This document shows, in pieces, positions 57,101 to 64,000 of a DNA stretch of 64,000 nt. The stretch lies in assembly GCA_964035545.1 (NCBI GenBank), contig OZ037765.1:20956995-21020994 (forward strand). Reading direction: 5' to 3'. The stretch is from Bugula neritina (Eukaryota > Animalia > Bryozoa). The notes beneath the pieces are model-generated. The model was not told the origin of the DNA and made no database searches. It saw only the letters and a program-made list of their open reading frames with translations. Position 1 is the stretch's first letter. Each line of letters begins with the position of its first letter. The translations under genes and the position numbers were made by a program.

Positions 57101-60100
57101 TGTTATTTTCAAGCTTTACCCCCTTAGCAATGCTAGTCATTCACCCATTATACAGCCACATTGTACAACTCCTTTATTTTTTAAAGAGCTAGCTCTTTGA
57201 CTGTGTTAATACTCTTAATTTTTAATTGAACAAACTCCCCCTCTCTCTCTCCCAGCCTGAAAGCACCAATTGATTCATGTATAGTGAATAGTTTTGTAGA
57301 TATAAAGTTTTTTTACAGCTCTGTGGTACTGGATTGTATCTGTCCAGCTGGATATACAGGAGAGACTTGTGAAACAGACTTAGATGCATGTTCTCTGGTA
57401 GCTTCTCCCTGTTATCCATCAGTTCTGTGTGTAGATAGTCCACCACCAGCTGATCACACTGGATACACGTAAGTCTATGTTGATATAATATCTGTAGGTT
57501 TCTCTTTTATCTTTATGTATCTCTAAACATCTAATAAATATTCATACTACTTACAGATGTGGAGATTGTCCACCTGGATACACAGGAGATGGTAAAACAT
57601 GCGCAGATGTAGATGAGTGTGAAGATGAAAGTAGTTGTGATCACATCTGTATCAACTCTCCAGGATCCTATATCTGCGCCTGCAATAGTGGTTATGAACT
57701 TAATGAAGATGGTGCTACTTGCGATGGTAAGTTATAATAGTAAAATATTCATTGGGATATATGTGAAAGCACAGCCCTAGCAAGCTTTCTTCACAGAATC
57801 CATGTGTTCACAGAAACAACAACAAAACTACTGGTATTTTGCAGACATTGATGAGTGCAACACATTAACCCCTTGTCACCAGACGTGCAGCAATCTTCCA
57901 GGATCATACGAGTGTAGCTGTGATACCAACTTTGTTCTCAGTGCTGATGGTGTTAACTGTGAACGTAAGTTTTAATCTTTGCATAACTTTTTTGTTACAC
58001 AGTGTTTTAAGCCAAGTTTTAGCACAAAACTATGCCAAAATAAATTAAATGTGCCAATTCTGTTAAAAACTATACGCTGACAGTGAAGGAAATTTTTATT
58101 AGCCTATATTTCACAGTATTATTTACTTTTACTTGTTGAACATTGCTGAAACTTAATTATGACATTTAATTTAGCTACCATAATAGATTATATTTTTCAA
58201 TGTTTCAACTTTTTTTCTCTTAATGAATAATAGTAAAACTCAATTTAACAGGCCTTTTACATTACCACTTGTATGTTAATATGATTTCTTAATGACAATT
58301 AAATTTAGTTATAGTTTTTAATAAATCATAAATGTTAAATTTGATGTTTTTAAATATATAGTTTGCCAAAGCATATAGCAGCAAAGGATTTAATATTTGC
58401 TTTGGAAAAACCACACCCATGTCACAGTGAATCTTTAGTTGAATTAATTAAACTTAACAAGTTGGTCTAACAATTATTTATAAGGGCTTTTCTGTTGCTT
58501 TTTTTCAGGAAAGATTTTAACCCATTTTTTATAATTTTGTATAAAGTAACATAATTTTGGCATTTATGTAACCAATAACAGTATGATTTTACTAGTTGAC
58601 TGTTTTTCAAGTTACACAACATATATGTATACGTAAATTTCAGCCGCTAATCCATGTACTGAATCAAACAACTGTGATACTGACAATGGTTTGTGTAATG
58701 AAGTAAATGGGGCAGAGGTTTGTTCATGTGTCAAAGGCTACACTCTAAATGATGATGGAAAAACATGTGATGAAACTGATGAATGTGCTCTGGAAACAGA
58801 TGCATGTTCTCAGATCTGTACAAATACAGATGGTGGATACAACTGTAGCTGTGCATCTGGTTATGTTCTTTCAACCAATAATGTTGATTGTGATGGTAAG
58901 AAATTATATTCTTTATTTTAACACTATATAAATTTAATTATGGAATGCTGAATTTTGAGGTTCAGTTTACAGGCACTTTCATTTTTTTAAGACTTGACCA
59001 TCTAGTTTGCATTTCTAAACAGTTGGTGAGCCAACTTTAGTATCTTGACTGAAAATTGATTTTTTATGATTACTTTTCAAAGCTTTAGGGTGCTTTTGGG
59101 TTCCCTACCTGTAGCACTTTTATTTTAAGGCTATAGAATAGTATGTTTTAGCAAACTTTTTAATTCACTAGTTAAGCAAACTATACAAGTTGCAATGCAT
59201 ATTCAGTATTCACAATTGTCTTTAACATGTTAATGCTCCTTAGTATAGGTGGCTGTTTAACATAGTTGCTTAGCTTGTTTTGCCAATACTCAATTGCATT
59301 TCAACGTGTTAAAATATAAAAACATGATTGTCTTAAAATTTTATTTTTATCTTCACTCATAAGTTTAGATGCTTTGCTTTTAGGCTTAAAAAGCCTTCAG
59401 GTTTTGATACTTGAATATTTTTGTTGATTCGCAACTCTTGGTTTGCTAATCAAACTTTTGTGTAAAATATACCTGATTACAGTTTGAAATATCATGATAT
59501 CACTCAGAGTAGACTTGGGGTGTTTTCTTCAGTTCTGCTTAATTCCATGCTGCCATCTTCTAGCCATAAAATGCTTTATTTGTATCACGATGTTATGTCA
59601 TCTTTAAAAACTGCATACAGTAGAGAACTAGCGGCTCTAAACTTCTTCACAAATTTGTTACATTTCGTTGCATAGCATTCACTGTTGCATTTTCAAGTGA
59701 TATTAAATAATATCAACTATTTACTTTGCATTTTACAAAATTCAATGCAAAAAGTCATATAAATTGAAGAAATATAAAGATGGAGTGTTAGTTTGTTACA
59801 TACTTATATTACAGTAAATGTCACAACCTGTAAAGGTAGAGTTTTTATTCCAGATAACACCTTTATTCAGTCATCCCCCAGGGTTAAAAACAGTAATGCG
59901 ATCATTATTATAAAATGAGCTCATCACATTATAATATTATTTAGACATCAATGAATGTGTTGCTGGAACATACAGCTGTGGTGATTCCTTTGACTGCTCC
60001 AACACTCCAGGTGGATATGAATGTGTCTGTGCAGCAAGTTTAGTGGAGGTCAATGGTGCATGTATAGGTAAGTACTGTCAAAAGCGTATAATAAATTTAG

Positions 60101-63100
60101 CATAATTTAATTTCCTTGTTAGATTCTTAGATTCATAAATTTATGACTTAGAATTTTTTTGTCATTTAGATCAAATGGTCATAAACAATCATTCAATTTT
60201 TTTGAAATGAACAAAACTTTCGCATTCTTATAATTAAAGTTATTAAATTAAAATGAAATATCTAAAGCTGATTTGCATTAATGTGTAATTTGTTAACAAT
60301 AATTCTTATATTCCATGCTATTTTAATATATTATTCTTTATCTGCCATTTGTCTAGATAAAATTAGTAAATAATTTTTTTCTCTTTAAATATGTAATCTA
60401 TATTGTTGTAAACTGTAATGTGTGGTGCTTTTATTTGAAAGTTATTTATTGCAATGCAAAAATTCTTAGAATTGCTTATAAGGTATACACAGGAGTTGCT
60501 GATAAGTTACACCTCGTAGAAAAAATTCAAGAAATATTTACATGCTGATTTTTCAAGTGTGAAATATGAACTAACAGCTGATCAATATTTCTGATAATTA
60601 CATTTTAAATTTAACTTGCCACTTTAAACAGGGTAAGTTTGATGGTCATCAATGTATTTGTTGCCTGTCTGTTTTTATTACTGTATTGATCAGCCTTATA
60701 TGATATATAGCCATTATGCTACTTTAACATTCTCTACCTACACAATATATTTAATAATTAGAGATTCAAATTAAATCTGCTGCATCATCAATAAGAAACA
60801 GAAACAGTAATGACAGTCATCATAATTTTTTTTATCGTGTGAAAATTTTAATAGACTTTTGAAAACAATTGTACAGCCTCTTTAAAATGAATTCATTAAA
60901 ATTATGTAATAAAATTTTTATTAAAAATTGAAAAACTATTTCTTCTTTTGCTAATGAGCCATAAATTTATAATAATAATTGTTCTCTCTGTAGTTCAGTT
61001 TTGAAAAGCCACAAACAATCTATAAATTGTATATGAAAACGGAATAGGTTGTATATAAACTGACTGTTCTGATTAAATAACCACATTATACTATTAACCA
61101 ACAGCTATAAATATCTATGAGCAATTAGCATAACTTGATTATTGTTTTTCAAGAGAAATTAAGGCTGATAATAGCTCAATATTTTTGTATATATGTAATA
61201 CTACCAGCTAAGCCGAAATAGCCTATTATGTTCTCATTGCATTGTCATTTATATGCCTTTTCTTAATGCATCTTTGTTTGTTTTAGCTCTGGATTATGAA
61301 AGTCCAGTGCAAGTCCTTAGTGGCTCACCTGATGAAGAACTAAGGTCCCATTCTGTGTTAATTTCTTTTGAAAATATGACACTTGAAGACGTAAGAGCAT
61401 TAGAATACCATAATTAAAATTATGTAAAAATTCAAATACTTCATTTTATATAGAAGTTAAAATAACAAATTTGTGAAATTCTTTTATTTAATTAGCATAG
61501 ACCCTGACAACAGTGTAGTGAAAAACTTGCTGTCCTATTGTTAAGTAAATATTGACAAAGATAAATATTTGCATGAAGGTCAAACTATTATAAATCGTGC
61601 AGGGAAGTTATACTACCCAGTATAAAAATAGCTTCTAAAACTCGGAAGGCATTGATTCTACAAGTAAAGTATTAATCAGTAATCATAGCATTAATTTATT
61701 AAATCTTACATAAATTTTCTCAGCTACAGGAATAAACATGATTTTTTAACATCAAAGAAAGCCGTGCAGCACAAATTATAAAGCAAATATTTGTTCTAAG
61801 GTTCAGCAAGTTCAGCTTTTATATACAAGACTTGCAAAGTTTTAGCCATTAATGATTGACAATACAAAATCATATTTTTATCTATTTCAATAAAAAAAAT
61901 TAACCAGTTCTTCATAAAATAATTTTTTAAATCTAAAATGGAATAGCTAAAAGTTGTTTAAACCAAAGTATTAACCGAACATATTTTAATCCATATTTAC
62001 TCCTCAAATTCATTTTTACATGTGGTCGTGCAACAAATTATCCATACATATAACCAGTGCACTTGAACTGTACAAGAATAGTGGCTAAAATCTAAAATAT
62101 TTAAATAAAGTATCGGTTTCTAAGCAAAAAGCAATTAAGTTTTTTTCCATAATACCTTTTTTGATATTAAAAATCTGCACTGGATAAATTGGTCTTGTGT
62201 GTTAAATATCTCCTATGCTATTTATTAGAATTTATGAATGATTATCATTGTAACTTCAGCATAATAATAATGCTATAAGTCTGACATGTGTCTTTGTGGA
62301 ACCTTTCAACTAGAAAGTGGATACTAATTATCTGGAAAACTATAAAAAGCGATTCACTAATTACCAAATCAATATTATAAGGAAATTAAAAGCTTTTTCG
62401 AAATATTGCATAATATATAGTCAATATATTCTTTGCAGTACACAGTAAAAGATGAAATAGCTTTGTTTACTGAACTTGCTGTATCTACTACCAATCTTTG
62501 CCAGGAGACATCATGTGACCTTGTTCCAGTCACTAGTTCACGGAGAAGAAGGTAAGCCTTCAAATGCAGCTAATATAGCATGTTTATTATTCTTGAAATC
62601 TCTGATGTCTTCAGAGGAATTTATATCAGTCTATTAATCTAATACAAGGATATCATCTTGTAGTTGTTATTCTAATCTTATATAAATCCAGACTCTATCT
62701 TTGAATAATAATTATTTGCAAGTGATTCTCAATATTTTTGCTGCAGTTGGCATTCTGCAAATACCCCAGCAGCTTGTTTTCTATGTTGCTTGTTAATTTC
62801 TACTTGTATATTATATTATGTACAAAAACCTACTTGATGCATAAGTTGTATTGCTCTTTAAGAAATGTTTATGCACATATGTTAATTTAATAGTTTATAC
62901 TTCAATGCATCCAACTGTGCATCTTATTGTTTATAATAGTAAGCATTTAAACAGTAATTAAAGTGAAGTAAGTAATAAATTGATGGCATTCTCTATTTGC
63001 AATTTATAGAAAGAGGTCCACATCTGTCACATTCTACAAGGAGTATTTTTCAAGACTCCCAGGCTATCCTCAGTATGATGAGAATAACAACCTACAGCTA

Positions 63101-63650
63101 GCCATATACTCTCTAGTGCCAGATGTTGGGGCAGTCTCAGCTCAAACCATGAGTCTGGTTGTCACTGTTTCTTCAACAAAGATCCTTAATGCTATTGGTA
63201 ATTACAGTCTGTTAGAAAAAATATATATAAATTCCTGAAGTTGATTAAGTGAAAACCGTTTAACATAATGCTCAGTTATTGTAAAAATATTGATTAAGAG
63301 TTTTCGGAAGAATTATCAGATCTGAAAAATTATATACTTTTCCTAATAAAAATATTCAGCTTAATGTTTTTTTATAATTTTATGTTTTTTATCATTTTAT
63401 AATATTAAATTAGCAGATAATTTTGAATAACTTATGCTTTTACATGCATGTTTTTAGGTTTTCCGGTGGCAAGCATTGACACTTTCCCTACTTCGTCAAC
63501 TACCACAGAAGCTGTTGGCGTAGCAGAAACTACAGTTAAGAAGGCTTCACTAAGCAGCAATGCATACATCTACATTGGCATAGCAAGTGGATTAGTGGCT
63601 ATCACAATCATTGTGGTGTTAGTGGCTGTTATTGTGAAGCAACAGAAGAG
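42138..63650 (+). CDS. Gene C: MUC4-like transmembrane mucin (signal, giant PTS, NIDO, AMOP, VWD with GDPH, cadherin/Ig-like, about 7 EGF, juxtamembrane domain, TM); tail exon(s) not identified in the window; more than 3,685 aa
   Basis: Exons: 42138-49251, 49605 (or 49623)-49786, 49922-50186, 50927-51087, 51783-51876, 53000-53170, 53437-53605, 53793-53967, 54259-54382, 54622-54768, 54882-55162, 55568-55736, 55938-56204, 56404-56615, 56933-57045, 57319-57468, 57557-57726, 57845-57964, 58644-58895, 59945-60067, 61287-61390, 62439-62551, 63010-63197, 63458-63650. All GT-AG and phase-compatible, many with the same length as the gene B exon. Signal [20 protein letters not shown]; GDPH at 54633-54644; [27 protein letters not shown]. 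Confidence 0.9.
42245..49100 (+). repeat. Gene C PTS coding minisatellite, about 18-bp unit (PTTTTT) with internal block duplications
   Basis: ORF 42129..49298. Block duplications at offset 861 bp (45241/46102; 45801/46662) and 201 bp (48270/48471). Confidence 0.95.
49605..54382 (+). other. Gene C NIDO plus AMOP exons
   Basis: [70 protein letters not shown]...CKTFFQYRP. Confidence 0.85.
54622..60067 (+). other. Gene C VWD, cadherin/Ig-like and EGF exons
   Basis: WFGDPH..., NFAPNI...VNDTNGD...ITAKDSKG, and DVDEC/DIDEC/ETDEC/DINEC EGF repeats. Confidence 0.9.
55783..55878. repeat. (CTGCACA)n heptamer tandem repeat, about 13 copies, in gene C intron 12
   Basis: Seen directly; gives the spurious TLHTAHC/QCAVCSV ORFs. 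Confidence 0.95.
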
Positions 63651-64000
63651 GTAAGTCAATCTAAAACACAATTGTAAGTGTACCTAGGAAATGCACAACT
63701 ATAAATAATTAACCATGAGGTCGTAAGCATTTAAAGCTTTTCTTCTAAGATGGCTGGTTGTAACAAAGTAACAATAAAGCCACGCTGCTAAATTTTATTT
63801 CTCACCCTCAAGCTTGTATGTAATAATACATAGGTTACTTCATGTCTTTCTTATTGACAACTTTCACTACATTTTGAGTCTAAAATGATGACCGTGCAAT
63901 AAAAACTAAGGTAAATAACTCCAACAGGAATTTAAAAGTAATCCTACTGTTGGCTCATGGCAATAATGATTTCAAATAAATCAAGTATTATAACTGTAAG

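Overview
AT-rich, intron-containing eukaryotic DNA (most likely an invertebrate animal; no prokaryotic features) holding a cluster of MUC4-like transmembrane mucin genes, assembled here by hand from splice signals and reading frames. Gene A (minus strand, ATG 4207, runs off the left edge) shows only a signal peptide and more than 1,370 aa of Tyr/His-containing TTTP[Y/H/Q] then TTAAP repeats. The ORF track misses it because it has no stop in the window. Gene B (minus, 29547-12134, 30 coding exons, about 1,931 aa) is signal-PTS-NIDO-NIDO-AMOP-VWD(GDPH)-cadherin/Ig-like-about 7 EGF-juxtamembrane domain with RRKR-TM-tail. Gene C (plus, 42138 to beyond 63650, at least 24 exons, more than 3,685 aa) has the same layout with one NIDO and a PTS of about 2,330 aa in a single 7.1-kb exon. 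Fragment D (plus, 7704-9455 and possibly further) encodes only the juxtamembrane domain plus TM and lacks the basic cleavage site. Most notable: B and C are inverted paralogues whose sequence upstream of the GDPH exon is strongly diverged, while VWD/EGF patches, including introns, are near-identical (gene-conversion mosaic, with a possible head-swapping inversion). Also notable: each paralogue uses a different repeat chemistry, B carries a phase-symmetric extra NIDO cassette and a GC-AG intron, and A and B share a duplicated 5' region ending at a SINE plus (TAGG)n. No database searches were run; domain calls rest on recognised motifs.
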